A stretch of 64,000 nucleotides of DNA from Octopus vulgaris (GCA_951406725.2 OX597816.1:43524001-43588000), one strand, 5' to 3'. Shown: positions 12,291-25,194, numbered from the stretch's first letter. The notes: a model not told the origin generated them from the letters alone. Made by a program: numbers and translations.

Positions 12291-12683
12291 ACTTTACGTT
12301 AGTCAAAATATGTTTGTGACATATTCTAGTTTGTAAAGGCAAATTCATTGCTGTTACAGTGGAAAAAAAAAAATTTCTCTCTTACGGTTAAATTATGTAA
12401 AATCGCCATATCTATCCAGTTCTGAACCCCTGTCGGATTCCCAGACACGTTTCTAGCTCTTTAGCTGTTGTCAATGAGAAACACCGAAGAGAGGCAATTC
12501 TGAATAGACTTATTAAACCGTTTCTAGCTAGAAACATATCTGGGAATCCAACGGGGGCAGCTCTGTACATATAGGGTATTCTTTGACCTTTTTACCGCTG
12601 GAGAGAATTTTCTCTCCAAGGTAATCGCAGTGAATTTGTTTGTAGAAATTGTAATATCACAAACATTTGAATTAATCTAAAGT
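12291..12683. mobile_element. Old foldback/MITE-like element with ~165-bp imperfect inverted arms
   Basis: 12291-12458 matches the reverse complement of 12525-12683 (e.g. GGATTCCCAGACACGTTTCTAGCT / AGCTAGAAACATATCTGGGAATCC). Confidence 0.65.
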
Positions 12684-13472
12684 TTGTTGGATAAGTGTTT
12701 TAATGTCCTTTGAAGTAGCATTTATGTGTATTTAGTTGTTTCAGTTATGGTACGTATTCATCCAAGCTAGAAACACGTGTCGGACTGGATTTTAATAAGA
12801 ATAAGACTATAATAAGTAAATTTTAAACATGTAAAATTCTCCATTCTCCTTTATGATGTCTTGCTTATATAATCAGGATTTACATATCGATTGAAGGACC
12901 GTGTAATTACTTATCTTAGATAATTCTGCTTCTTCTTTATCATTTGATGTTATTAATCAAATCTAGATTTTTTCAGACTCCTAATAAAATACCTGCTCGG
13001 ATTCCAAATCCCTACTCCTTTACGTTATATGTGTATGTGTATTGTTTTAAAAGTTGTTAAAATGAAATTTTATATATTTTGTATAAGATGAAAGCCAGAA
13101 ATTTGGAGGAATGCAAAAGTCGATTATATTGATCTAGTAGTTAACTGGTAATCATTTTAATGTGCCCACAATGATGAAAGATAAATTGGACTTCGGCGTA
13201 ATTTGAACTTACATTTACTAAAATTACTACTAGGTATTTTCTATGACTTTACACTGTTTCTGCCAGTCCACGCCCCTTATATACGTAAATGCCGAACAAT
13301 GAAAATGAGTGCTCAACATCGCATTGGTAGATAACATTTCTTTATTTGTGTATTGAGGCTACCATTGGTTTTATGTAGGAAGTATGTTAATATCTTTACA
13401 ATTTTTCAAGCCGATCACATGGAGGAATGGTTCATCTCCAGTTTGGATTAAAACCCAACTGAGAGGGAGAGG

Positions 13473-13519
<47 letters not shown>

Positions 13520-14237
13520 TGTGTGTGTGTTCAAAAATTATCTTACAACTTCCACTGTTTGTTTATTGTATCAAATTGCAAAATGGAATTTAAGAACACC
13601 GCGTGTGTGTATATAGGCGCGTGTGCGCTTATTTGTTTCACTCTTGTTATAGATATGGAAGACGTATGCGGGAGAAAGCCCATATCTGACAGTTACAAAC
13701 AATAAAACGACAGGAAATAGTAAAATATAATAGATGGTAAATTGTTGGAATGACCATAGTTTGCCCCTTTGCCTGGCGATGTGGATGCACCATGAGAGGA
13801 AAAATACCCAGTTTATTCACTGATAACATTGTATGTTGCTTCGCAACTACGGCATTAATGATATTATCCGAATGTATAGAAATCATTGCAATCCCTACCC
13901 AACAGTTGATTAAGGGAATGTCCCGCAGCACAGTACGTAAAAAGAGAAATAAAGAGAAATATTAAAAAAAAAAGTGTAAATTATAAATAACATGTCTGTC
14001 TTTTTCTCAACTTATTTATTTGTGTGTCGGCATCAGTACATTCGATCGATCGATTTATCCCGACGGATAACGAGCTAGACAGCGATGCAACCGAACAGAG
14101 AATTGCATTCATAGTTTTCACAGGTTTTGTCATATTCGTCTTTACGTAGATGCCTTTTATGAAATACATGTGTCTTGTTGAATGCTTCTATGCGTGTGCT
14201 CTCGTGTGTATTATACTTCTCGTTTCTATGCCCATGA

Positions 14238-14311
<74 letters not shown>

Positions 14312-14629
14312 AAAACTGTGTCTATTCTTATTCCAAAGGCATTAAATTTACAATGTCGCTACAATGTTATCTATAATTATAACGAGTTTGTTTACAACGA
14401 AAGTAAATATATTAAAAGGAATTCACAAATAAACACACGAGGTGCACAATCTCACGCACGAAGAGTCTCACACGCACATATACATACATACATACATACA
14501 TACATACATACATACATCGTAATATATGCACTTGTATTGTTATATCAAGATACATGTTTGCGTCTGTCTGTGTGCCAACAAACATATACAGGTATGTACA
14601 TATAGTCATTTAGTCCGATGAATCCCGTA

Positions 14630-14802
14630 GCAGGTGTGGCTGTGTGATAGGAAGCTTGCTTCTGAATCACATGGTTCCTCGTTGAGTCTCAGCTGCATGG
14701 CGTCTTGAGCAAATGTCTTCTACTATCAGAGCCTTGTTAGTGGATGTGGTACATGGAAACTGAAGGAAGCCCGTCATATATATATATATATATATATATA
14801 TT

Positions 14803-14859
<57 letters not shown>

Positions 14860-14936
14860 ATGTGTGTCTGTGTTTATATATGTATATGTATTTATATATA
14901 TATATATATATATGTATGTATATATGTATATATAGT

Positions 14937-14971
<35 letters not shown>

Positions 14972-15470
14972 ATGTATGTATATATGTATATGTATGTATA
15001 TATGTATATGTCTGTATATATATATATATAGGTATATATATATGTGTATATATGTATATATACATATTTATATATATGTATGTGTATATATGTATGTATA
15101 TATATGTATACATATATATATGTATACATATATATATGTATGTATATATGTATACATATATATATGTATGTATATATGTATACATATATATATGTATGTA
15201 TATATGTATACATATATATATGTATGTATATATGTATACATATATATATGTATGTATATATATGTATACATATATATATGTATGTATATATATGTATACA
15301 TATATATATGTCTATATATGTTTACGTATATATATGTGTATATATATATTATATGTATATTTGTATTCTTTTTATTCCTTTATATGCTTCAGCCTTGAGA
15401 CTACAGCCATGCTGGGGCATCGTATATGTCTATATGTATATATGTATATATATTTATATATATGTATATA
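14630..15470 (+). repeat. Degenerate SINE A head followed by a ~700-bp compound (TA)/(TG) microsatellite
   Basis: Head ends GAAGCCCGTC at ~14775, then a long TATG/TATA array. Confidence 0.8.
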
Positions 15471-16429
15471 AATGTTTGTGTACTTTTTCAATGTGTACAA
15501 ATAAAACGGAAAAATAAGTAGTTACCAGTATAACAAAAATTCACATAACCACCCTCAGTGCCCCCACCCCAATTTTTATGCATAAATAACTATTTTATAT
15601 TTTACTAATCTATATATACTATGAATCATTTGATATTTAATATAATATTATATAATTTGTATACAGTACTATAATAATATTATAATAAATCCACTACTTT
15701 CCTTCCAACGTCTCCTGTTTCTATACCATACCCATCGCTCCCTTAGGCACCAGGGCCCACCGGGTAGTGGTTGTGGTGGGAGTGGGGGTGGTAGCGCCGG
15801 CTTCGAAAATCTTATGGCTTAGAAGAATCTGTTTTTCACTCTCTATAAATTTCTCAGTAACACGCAGAAACTTTCGTTATGGTAGAAGAAACTTTTGCAA
15901 TTCGTTCAAAATTTGGATCTTGTGCGTGATAATTTTCTGCTCACCATATAAAACTGAGCTGAAAACTATAACTCTGAAACCCGGGGTTTTGCAATGCGGA
16001 TCCTGGTGAAGTGAGGTGTTATTGTACATCTACATTATTTATTAATTAAACAATCGTAACTCAAGGGGCGAGTTTCCTATTACAGCTCTTATCCGCAACT
16101 TAAGTGCCAGGCACAACGCTCTCGGTCTTTAAGTCATTTGCAAATTCTGCTCATTATAAATTTTACTGCAATAGGTATATGACCTGGAATTTTTTGAAGA
16201 GGGAGTTTGTTGATTACATATAACTCGGTGCTCGACTGGTAATATTTTTATCGAAAAAAAGGGTGAATGAATTTTAAAGTCGACCTTGCTGGAATTTGAA
16301 CTTGCCTGTTTACAAATAAAACTTATGTACTGAATTTTATTATATATATATAAATATATAATAAATTAATAAATAAAACATATGCATATATACATACATA
16401 TATGTACGTACATACCTTTACATGTATAT

Positions 16430-16616
16430 AGACATGCATATATGGGTACAGGACACAAAAAAAAAAAACGTCGAACACAATGAGAAATGAAAACATAAAC
16501 ACAAAACCAAGGAACTGGACATTTTTCTTAAACAACGAAAAAATAGAGTACAGGACAAATAACACAAGGAAAATTCCCCTTCTTCAGTCGCCATGGTTTC
16601 ATCTACTCTGCGTTTC
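16430..16616 (-). mobile_element. 5'-truncated copy of the rearranged-hammerhead repeat
   Basis: Minus GAAACGCAGAGTAGATGAAACCATGGCGACTGAAGAAGGGG followed by the T-rich tail ending CCTGTACCCATATATGCATG. Confidence 0.65.
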
Positions 16617-16633
16617 ATGTATGTATGAACACT

Positions 16634-16667
<34 letters not shown>

Positions 16668-16686
16668 TACATATAAATATATATAT

Positions 16687-16984
16687 CACATGACCGACCA
16701 GGCTATCAGATGTTGCTACACATCGCTGGTCACAATGCGCTTCGCATTGTTTTAGCCTTCAAATGACGCCACTCCACTGGGTAAGCGAGCAGGCCAACAG
16801 AAGAATGCGAGAAAGTTGTGGTGAAAGAGTACAGCAGGGATCGCCACCACCCCCTGCCGGGGCCTCGTGAAGCTTTTAGGTGTTTTCTTTCAATAAACAC
16901 TCACAATGCCAGGTCTGCGAATCGAAACCGCGATCCTACGACTACGAGTCCACTACCCCAATTACTGGGCCATTGCGCCTCCAC

Positions 16985-16985
<1 letters not shown>
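16687..16985 (-). mobile_element. SINE family C head with alternative tail 2
   Basis: C head/body 16810-16985; tail GGCGTCATTTGAAGGCTAAAACAATGCGAAGCGC unrelated to the standard C tail. Confidence 0.8.
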
Positions 16986-17037
<52 letters not shown>

Positions 17038-17535
17038 TATATTAAATTATGTTCACACAAAAAGAAGGGAGAGATAGAGAGAGAAAGAGAGATGGTAAGG
17101 TAGACAGTGTGTGCGTGAGTAAGAGAGAGAGAGAGAAATATTATAAACAAACGTGATAATTTATGAAAAATGTGAGCGGACGTGTGTCTCAGTGCGCGTG
17201 CTGGCGTGTTTCTATGAATATCTCATTAGATTTATCCACCTGCCAGCTATCAAACAGCTATATATATCTGAAGTGTCTGTTTGAGCGAGTATTGACTGTA
17301 TTTTTGCGGTTTCTTGTTAAACTCCTTCGTTTATTATGTAGCGAACAATTGTGGTAAAAAAGCATCAACGTCATAACTTCCTATTTTTCCCTCCATGGCG
17401 AAACGTATTCTTTATTGTTTCTATTATTATTGTGGTTTATCCAGGATCGACTTTTATCAAATTAAGTACAATTCAAGTACTGTGGTCAATATAAAACGAT
17501 TGTTCAATTTCTCCGATTTCGTGGTCTTGTGTTTA

Positions 17536-17932
17536 TCTCTCTATATATAAAGCTGAAGTTGTCTGTGTATGGCAGGTTTGGTAGCCTTCAACTAACACTA
17601 TCTCCTCTGAGACCCTGCGGCGCAAGTTGACCAAAATTGAGAGTATGATAGAAGAAGGCTTGCTCTTCCTTCCGTAGAAAAGAAAATTCAAATCGGACCA
17701 TGTTAACACCAAACATTATTTACATAAAAAAAGGTGCTTTTTTTTTTTCTATGAAAATCCCTATTTTTTACGATTTTTTGACTGCTGTGTCGCCATTTTT
17801 CGGTTTATTTCAACCAGAAAAATGTTCACTTAAAGAGAATAACAAGCTACACAATGCAAAACTTTTACTTTTCAAAAATTTCAATTCTAAAGGGTCGAAA
17901 CAAACCCGAGCAACGCCAGGCGATACTGCTAG
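17536..17932 (+). mobile_element. Non-autonomous Helitron
   Basis: A|TC 5' end; 3' CCCGAGCAACGCCAGG hairpin + GATACTGCTAG|T; no TSD; removing it restores GTGTTTA|TAGTTGAAA. Confidence 0.85.
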
Positions 17933-18159
17933 TAGTTGAAAAAATAACCTTCATGTCGTTCTTGTTATTGTTTAACCAGTGGTTCTTAACCGAGGTTCAT
18001 ATGACCCCTGAGAGTCCATATAAGATATTTGGGGGCCCACGCGAGCAAGGTAGTAATTTAGGGATTAGTACTCTTATTTGAAGTATCCATGAAAAATGTT
18101 TCCTTTCAATGTATTTATTGCAAGAAACAGCAAGGTTTCTTTTCTCTAACGCTTAACAT

Positions 18160-18487
18160 TTTATTTATTTATTTATGCGCCCTTTTCAAGCCTAGCCAGG
18201 CTCATGGGCCCTGTTTCCCGCTTTCTGTGGCGTATGTGTTCCCACCCCACCCCACCTGGATGGGAAACCAGTCCATCGCAGCGTTACTCAAGAAACAGGA
18301 AGAAAGAGTGAGAGAAAGTTGAGGCGAAAGAGTACAACAGGGGTAGCCACCACCCACTGCCGGAGCGTCGTGGAGCTTTTAGATGTTTTCGTTCAAAAAA
18401 CACACACAACGCCCGGTCTGGGAATCGAAACAACGATCCTCCGATAGCGAGTCCACTGCCCTAACCACTGGGCCATTGCGCCTCCAC
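18160..18487 (-). mobile_element. SINE family C, full length with 12-bp TSD
   Basis: TSD AACGCTTAACAT at 18148-18159 and 18488-18499; tRNA-like head; (TAAA)n tail. Confidence 0.92.
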
Positions 18488-18545
18488 AACGCTTAACATA
18501 GTTCAACATTTTCTTGCTAACCTATACAAGCGAATGTGTGAAAAA

Positions 18546-18960
18546 GGCGCAGGAGTGGCTGTGTGGTAAGTAGCTTGATTACCAACCACATGATTCCGGG
18601 TTCAATCCCACTGCATGGCAGCTTGGGCAAGTGTCTTCTACTATGGCCTCGGGCCGACCAAAGCCTTGTGAGTGGATTTGGTAGACGGAAACTGAAAGAA
18701 GCCTGTCGTATATATGCATATATATATATGTATGTGCGTGTATATTTGTGTGTCTGTGTTTGTCCCCCTAGCATTGCTTGACAACCGATTCTGGTGTGTT
18801 TATGTCCCCGTTACTTAGCGGTTCGGCAAAAGAGACCGATGAGACCGATAGAATAAGTACTGGGCTTACAAAAGAATAAGTCCCGGGGTCGAGTTGCTCG
18901 ATTAAAGGTGGTGCTCCAACATGGCCGCAGTCAAAATGACTGAAACAAGTAAAAAGAGAA
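18546..18960 (+). mobile_element. SINE family A, full length
   Basis: Matches 792-1237. Confidence 0.9.
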
Positions 18961-19163
18961 AAAAAATATAAAAGGAGAAAGAGGAATTTCGGAAGAAGTA
19001 TCTATAAACTAGTTATTTTTAAACATCGAATAGTAACGGGTGTCCACCCAGCATAAAATAATAACCCGGGATCGACTTTTATCAAAATAAGTACAATTCA
19101 AGTATTCTGGTCGATATTAAACGATTGTTCACTTTCTCCAACTCCGTGGTCCTGTGTGAAAAA

Positions 19164-19330
19164 GGCGCTGGAGTGGCTGTTTGGTAAGTAGCTTGTTTAC
19201 CAGCCACATGGTTCCGGGTTCAGTCCCACTGCGTAGCACCTTGGGCAAGTGTCTTCTACTATAGCCTCGGGCCGACCAAAGCCTTGTGAGTGGATTTGGT
19301 AGACGGAAACTGATGTATATATATGTATGT
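19164..19330 (+). mobile_element. SINE family A head, part of a local duplication
   Basis: Shares 5' flank TGTGTGAAAAA with the 18546 copy. Confidence 0.8.
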
Positions 19331-19403
19331 GCGTGTATGTTTGTATGTGCGAGTATGTTTGACAAAATAAAATGAATTCATCTCGTTGCTGTTTTGGGGG
19401 ATC

Positions 19404-19737
19404 AATAGTAACCTTTCAACCGGGATCCATATGGGCCTTGAGAGTCCATATAAGATATTTGGCAATCAATCGTATTTGGTCTCCGAGTAATGAATGTATT
19501 TCTTCGGCAAGTTCCATATAACATTTATATTTCTATAATGTTTATTTTTTTGCAGCTGGACAGCGGAAAACGCGTTCGCGCGCACACGCACACACACGCA
19601 CACACACACACTCACACACACACATACAGACACACACACACACTTGTTCTCTCTCTCTCTCTCTCTAACACACACACTCTCTCTCTCTAACACACACTCT
19701 CTCTCTTACACACACACTTGCTCTCTCTTTTTACACA

Positions 19738-19771
<34 letters not shown>

Positions 19772-19852
19772 CTCTCTCTCTCTCTCAAACACACTCCCTC
19801 TCTTTCTCACACACCTTGATTGATTTTCATTTGCACGAGCGACTTCAAAAGT

Positions 19853-19893
<41 letters not shown>

Positions 19894-20262
19894 CAACACA
19901 CACTCGCATACACACTAACTCACACACATATATAGTTACACATACATACAAATGAAAGACAAAGAGTGTGTGTGTATGTGTGTGTGTGTGTGTGTGTGTG
20001 TACGACCGTGTTTTTCACTGTTCAGCTGCAAAAAGTAATCAAAAATTTTATACGGAACTTACCGAACAACTACTTTCATTTCTCGGAGACTAAAAACCGA
20101 TTGATTGCCAGATATTTGGGGATCCACGCAAGCAAAATAGTAATTTGGGGATCAACTATTATTTTAAGGATCCATAAAAAAATTGCCTTAAACTTATTTT
20201 ATTGCAAGAAACAGCTAGGTTTCTTTCTCTAACGCTTAACATAGTTCAATATTTTCTAGCTA
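19404..20262 (+). mobile_element. hAT MITE copy 2, interrupted by a Merlin-like MITE
   Basis: GAGAGTCCATATAAGATATTT...CTCTAACGCTTAACATAGTTC matches copy 1. Confidence 0.65.
19461..20109. mobile_element. Merlin-like MITE
   Basis: TIRs GGCAATCAATCG...CGATTGATTGCC (~110 bp, imperfect); 8-bp TSD AGATATTT (19453-60, 20110-17); GG-starting TIRs with an 8-bp TSD fit the Merlin superfamily. Confidence 0.8.
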
Positions 20263-20290
20263 ACGAATGGCTGTCAATCACCACATATCA

Positions 20291-20665
20291 CCACATGGTT
20301 CCGGGTTCATTCCCACTCCGTGGCACCTTGGTCAAGTGTCTTCTACTATTGCCTCGGGCCGACCGAAGCCTTGTGAGTGGATTTGATAGACGGAAATTGA
20401 AAGAAGCCCGTCGTATATATGTATATATATATGTTTGTGTGTCTGTTTGTGTATATGTTTGTGTGTCTGTGTTTGTTCCCCACCCCCAACATCGCTTGAC
20501 AACCGATGCTGGTGTGTTTATGTCCCCGTAACTTTTCGGTTCGGCAAAATAGACCGATAGAATGAGTACTAGGCTTACAAAGAATAAAGTCCTGGGGTCG
20601 ATTTGCCCGACTAAGGGCGGTGCTCCAGCATAGCCGCAGTCAAATGACTGAAACAAGTAAAAAGA
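20291..20665 (+). mobile_element. SINE family A, 5'-truncated
   Basis: Matches the family consensus from CCACATGGTTCCGGG. Confidence 0.85.
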
Positions 20666-20673
20666 TTGTATAT

Positions 20674-20719
<46 letters not shown>

Positions 20720-21462
20720 TATGTATATACAGAGACGGATGTGTATAAGGACCATCCACAAATATGAATGAGGCCGTCATTGATAATATCAGCAATGTTC
20801 CACTTAGTAGCAGCTGCGCATGGCGTCACTACTAACCTGTTTTGCTTAAATGCAAATTGTTTCAGTGTTGCATACCATATTTCTCCTCTCGAAATGTAGG
20901 ACCTGCAAACATTGTCGATACTGTTTCTCTTCATGTGACGAAGTAAGAGAAATATAAACGTTTATGTCGACCGTATTGTATGTACATCTATTTATCATAA
21001 CTACAGGCTACCAAAGGCTCTCAATCGCATGATGCGAATAAGCTATGGACGGGAGCTTTAAAGGATATATCCAACGATGCGAGAAGAATTTAGGTTAAAT
21101 GGTCAGGATTTACATTTATATTATAAACATTTTGAGTGATGTTGGATTGACGGAAAATTTGTAGATGCTTATTGAATGGATTGTATCGTTAATTTAAACG
21201 TTTAGCCTTATCACACTATGGCACGTGGTTTCCGTTGAATAACTTCTTAAGGGTACATACACGTCGTTGTGGAATATTCAGTCACTTGCACACAAATTCC
21301 ATTGAGCAAGTAGTTAAGTTGCTTGCAGTCGAAACCAACATAAATCCATTCAATTTTACATTCATATCTGTGCGTCAGCCCGTTTGATAAAGTGACGGTG
21401 ATATGTATCTATTGTCTTTAGTACAACTTATATGTATGTATGTATGTATGTAAATATATATA

Positions 21463-21603
21463 AAGTAATCCCTCGACTATCGCGAGTGTTACGCTCCCGC
21501 AATAGGTGAAAATCCACGAAGTAGAAGCAGTACTGTACTGTATATTTTAGAATTATTTTTATCATTTGTATATATTTGTTTTATTATAAATGCCAAACAA
21601 CAC
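21463..21603 (+). mobile_element. Tigger-like terminal fragment
   Basis: TA|AAGTAATCCCTCGACTATCGCG; homologous to 1756-1915. Confidence 0.6.
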
Positions 21604-21653
21604 TTCGGAGGAATCGACATAGGCTTAAACAATAAACAGTGATATGGTGAGGG

Positions 21654-21692
<39 letters not shown>

Positions 21693-21905
21693 TTGTTTTG
21701 CGAACAACTTGCAGATGCAAGCGTTACCATTTGAAAGCTCCGCATACTGGATGCCAGCACGTGTATGGCGTCATCAGAAGAAAATGCCCGCCGTTTCGGG
21801 GCCTACCTCTCGACGACATCATTGTGCACCGCCGCCACTTCTTGAAATGAGGCCCCGCTTCCTATATCAACTGGTTATCAGATTCAGCTCAATATTCTTC
21901 TAACC

Positions 21906-23130
21906 TAGGGGTGGGCAACCGTTTTGAGACTGCGTGCCAAAACTGGCAAAATCTTTGACACAAAATTCTTCCAGGTGCCAATCAAATTTTTTTGAGAAAA
22001 TATTAGGCTACTTGGTATATCTTAAGAAAGTGTGTTAAGAATATTTTAATAAATTATTAAAAAATTCTTAAGAAATTGTGTTAAAAAGTTTTTAATAAAT
22101 TATTAAAAAGTCACCATACAGTAGTAAAATACAGTATATAATGATGGAAAATGTATTTATTCACCTTCAAAATTACATCTAAACAACAATGAATCTTTGT
22201 CACTTTCAAAAGAAAACATCATATAAACTATCAGTCCGACAGAAAACTTTCAGACAACCTTTGTCACTTTCAAAAGAAAACATAAGTCAGATGGAAAATC
22301 AGTTTGACAGAAAACTTGCTGACTCCTTTCGATATACATGTATATACAGTATTGACTTCTGCTGCTGCATCACTGATGACAGCGACTTCATATCGAGTTC
22401 ATACTTTGTAACTTTCAGAGATATGCATGCACCACTAGTTTCATCCGTCAGGTTACTCCTATTACAAGACTTTGCAAAGTTCATTCCTGTGAACAAGGAT
22501 TCACTGTCATATTTTGATCAAAACGTAGATATTAGTGCTGTTACAAAGTTTTTTTAAACTGGAAAAAATTTCTGGAATGGCATTCCAAGTCCTTAATATT
22601 TCGTTTCCGACATTCCTCTCTGGTACTCCTGTCTCTAATCGCTTTTTCTCAATATTTTGTAAGGTCAATAAATTTTTGCTTTCAAATTGAGCTACTTTGA
22701 AATTCAATCAACTGCATTTCTATCTCTGAAAACATTTGTAAGTTTAGTTCTTCTAGTTTGATAATGTTTGGAAACTTCATGAATTTTGCTGTCTCTGCCA
22801 GTTCCCTGAATCTTGCAAACTTTGTAAAAAAAAACCCTGCTCAACAGTTGACTCGATAATGTTTACAAACAGCTTTGAGAAACGTTGGTGCTCTGTTCTG
22901 TCATCTTTTGAGAGATCATTGATTTACCGTTTTAGGTTTGAGAAATATCTCAATCTCTCATTGACTAAATCCCTCTTAAAAACTTCTAGTTTCATTAAAG
23001 CCTTTATGCAACCAAGCATATGCAACCAAACATAACATCAAGTGTTTTACCAGAGCCCTGTAATTTAATATTCAAGTCATTCAAATGTTCATAAAAATCT
23101 GCAAAAATCACCAATTTACAAGCCCAGATG
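21906..23130 (-). mobile_element. hAT (Charlie/SPIN-like) transposon, 3' half
   Basis: TIR-like TAGGGGTGGGCAAC at 21906 (cf. CAGGGGTGGGCAAC); adjacent transposase remnant. Confidence 0.8.
22351..23125 (-). pseudogene. Decayed hAT transposase C-terminal region (GTF2IRD2/EPM2AIP1-like, hATC dimerisation domain)
   Basis: Frameshifted peptides FADFYEHLNDLNIKLQGSGK, EILRTWNAIPEIFSSLKKL, FTGMNFAKSCNRSNLTDETSGACISLKVTKYELDMKSLSSVMQQQKS. Confidence 0.85.
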
Positions 23131-23270
23131 ATGTCAGCACTGCAAGAATACGGCGTAATGAGGACGTCACAGCTGTATGTATTTGTGTGCGTGTGAGCGC
23201 GCATTTCACATATCTATTTAGCAAACATTCTGATTATATATATATATGAGAGAAGATATGGAGATACATA

Positions 23271-23309
<39 letters not shown>

Positions 23310-23465
23310 TGTGTCTGTGTTCATCCTCTACCACCACTTGACAACCCAGTGTTGGAGTATTTACATCCCTGTAATTTAGCAGTTCTGCAAAAGAGACTGA
23401 TAGAATGGGTACCAAGCTTAAAAAATAAATTCTGGGGTCGATTCATTTGACTAAAATTAACTAAA

Positions 23466-23526
<61 letters not shown>

Positions 23527-24393
23527 TGTGTGTGTGTGTCTGTTTATACACACACACACACATAAGAAAATGAGATGACAACATTTTATTATTACCACTC
23601 TGTACTCAACTAATCCTTTGTTCTGAATTATATGAAAATTGAGTTTTACACCAGGTGTGTATATATTTATGTGGGTGTGTATACATAGGTGCAGGCATGG
23701 CTATGTGATTACACAAAAAGATTTCACCCATTTATGCATACTTTAAATGTATAAAGAAATAGAAAAGTATTCCATGCGTGTACTAAAAGCTCAATGATGT
23801 ATAAAAGATTGAAGCTTCTCAGAAGTACCTCCTGATCCAGAAATGGTCCTGATATAACCAACCACGTTTTTTAAAATTCAGACTTAATATTAATTGAGAT
23901 CACATTTGATCCCTTGCATTCTCACATCTTTCTTTTACGAGCGTGATTGGAGGGAGACATGGATTTTTTTTTCTTCCACAGGTCATTTTACCTTATATAT
24001 CATTCTCTGCTCTTAATGTTTCAACTATTTACAACCAGATGGAAAATGTTGCAAGATAACTTCCTTCAGAGGATTAACATAGATCAATATATATATAAGA
24101 ACTATATTTTTTACGTTGCCCTCTACCCACCCTCTCTCTCTCATGTACCTGCGCACACACTCACACACACACACACACACATACATTTACACACAACATG
24201 TAAGCATTTAGGTTGAAAGAAACAAATAACTTCGGATTGTAATATAAGAAATAACGCCTATTGATAATTTGACAGTTACATTTTTTTTTCAATTTACAAT
24301 TCTTCAATGTTTTCACACCCCTACACGCACATTCCACCGCCACACAACATACTACAACTGTTTTGCTCTTCCTGTTCTTTCATTCTCTCACCC

Positions 24394-24449
<56 letters not shown>

Positions 24450-24927
24450 TTATTCTTCTTCGTCGTCTTCGTCGTAGCCTTTTGTCTTAATATTCTATAC
24501 TTTATCTATCTGTACAGTCTATGTTTCTGCATCTACATCACAGAAACATAGAAATAATCTATATTTCTATGTTTTAGACGCACACATTGTTCTAACAAAG
24601 AGAATCTCACTCGCGCATGTAAATATGTTTCTATACATGAACGCATTCATAACTTGTGAAAACTTGCGTGTATATGTTGTATATATATAAATATATTCAC
24701 ATACAACACACACGCACATGTGTACGTATACATGTATATATTATGTACACACACACACACACACACTCGTATTTTCCTTTTTTCCCCTATCTCATGTGTA
24801 CGTGTGTATGCGTTTGTATATATATATTTGTATATGAATGCTTATACATACATACACACACACACACATACATATATATATCTATATATATAAGCACATA
24901 CTCATATGATTACACACACACACACAC

Positions 24928-24965
<38 letters not shown>

Positions 24966-25194
24966 CGTATGTATCTAGTTATATGTTATTCTTATTATTA
25001 TTTATCTACTTGTAAGAAAATATACACGGACATATGTATATACGAAATGGACAGACGGACGCACAAGATTGTGAATAGAAGAATTATCGTTCGATGAATA
25101 TATTCTTAGATCCATTCATCACTTTGCTGGACAGGTTCACAAATATACAGTCTTATACATATACGTAAGTTATCCGTTTCCCTCAAAGGATTTG

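Larger units (their letters stand above)
17977..19060 (+). mobile_element. hAT (Charlie-like) MITE copy 1, interrupted by SINE C and SINE A
   Basis: CAGTGGTTCTTAACC TIR-like start; homologous to 19404-20262; right end not resolved. Confidence 0.6.

Noticed and set aside
21690-21900. GC-richer segment that might be a Penelope endonuclease tail
   Set aside because: No frame gave a motif I could support.
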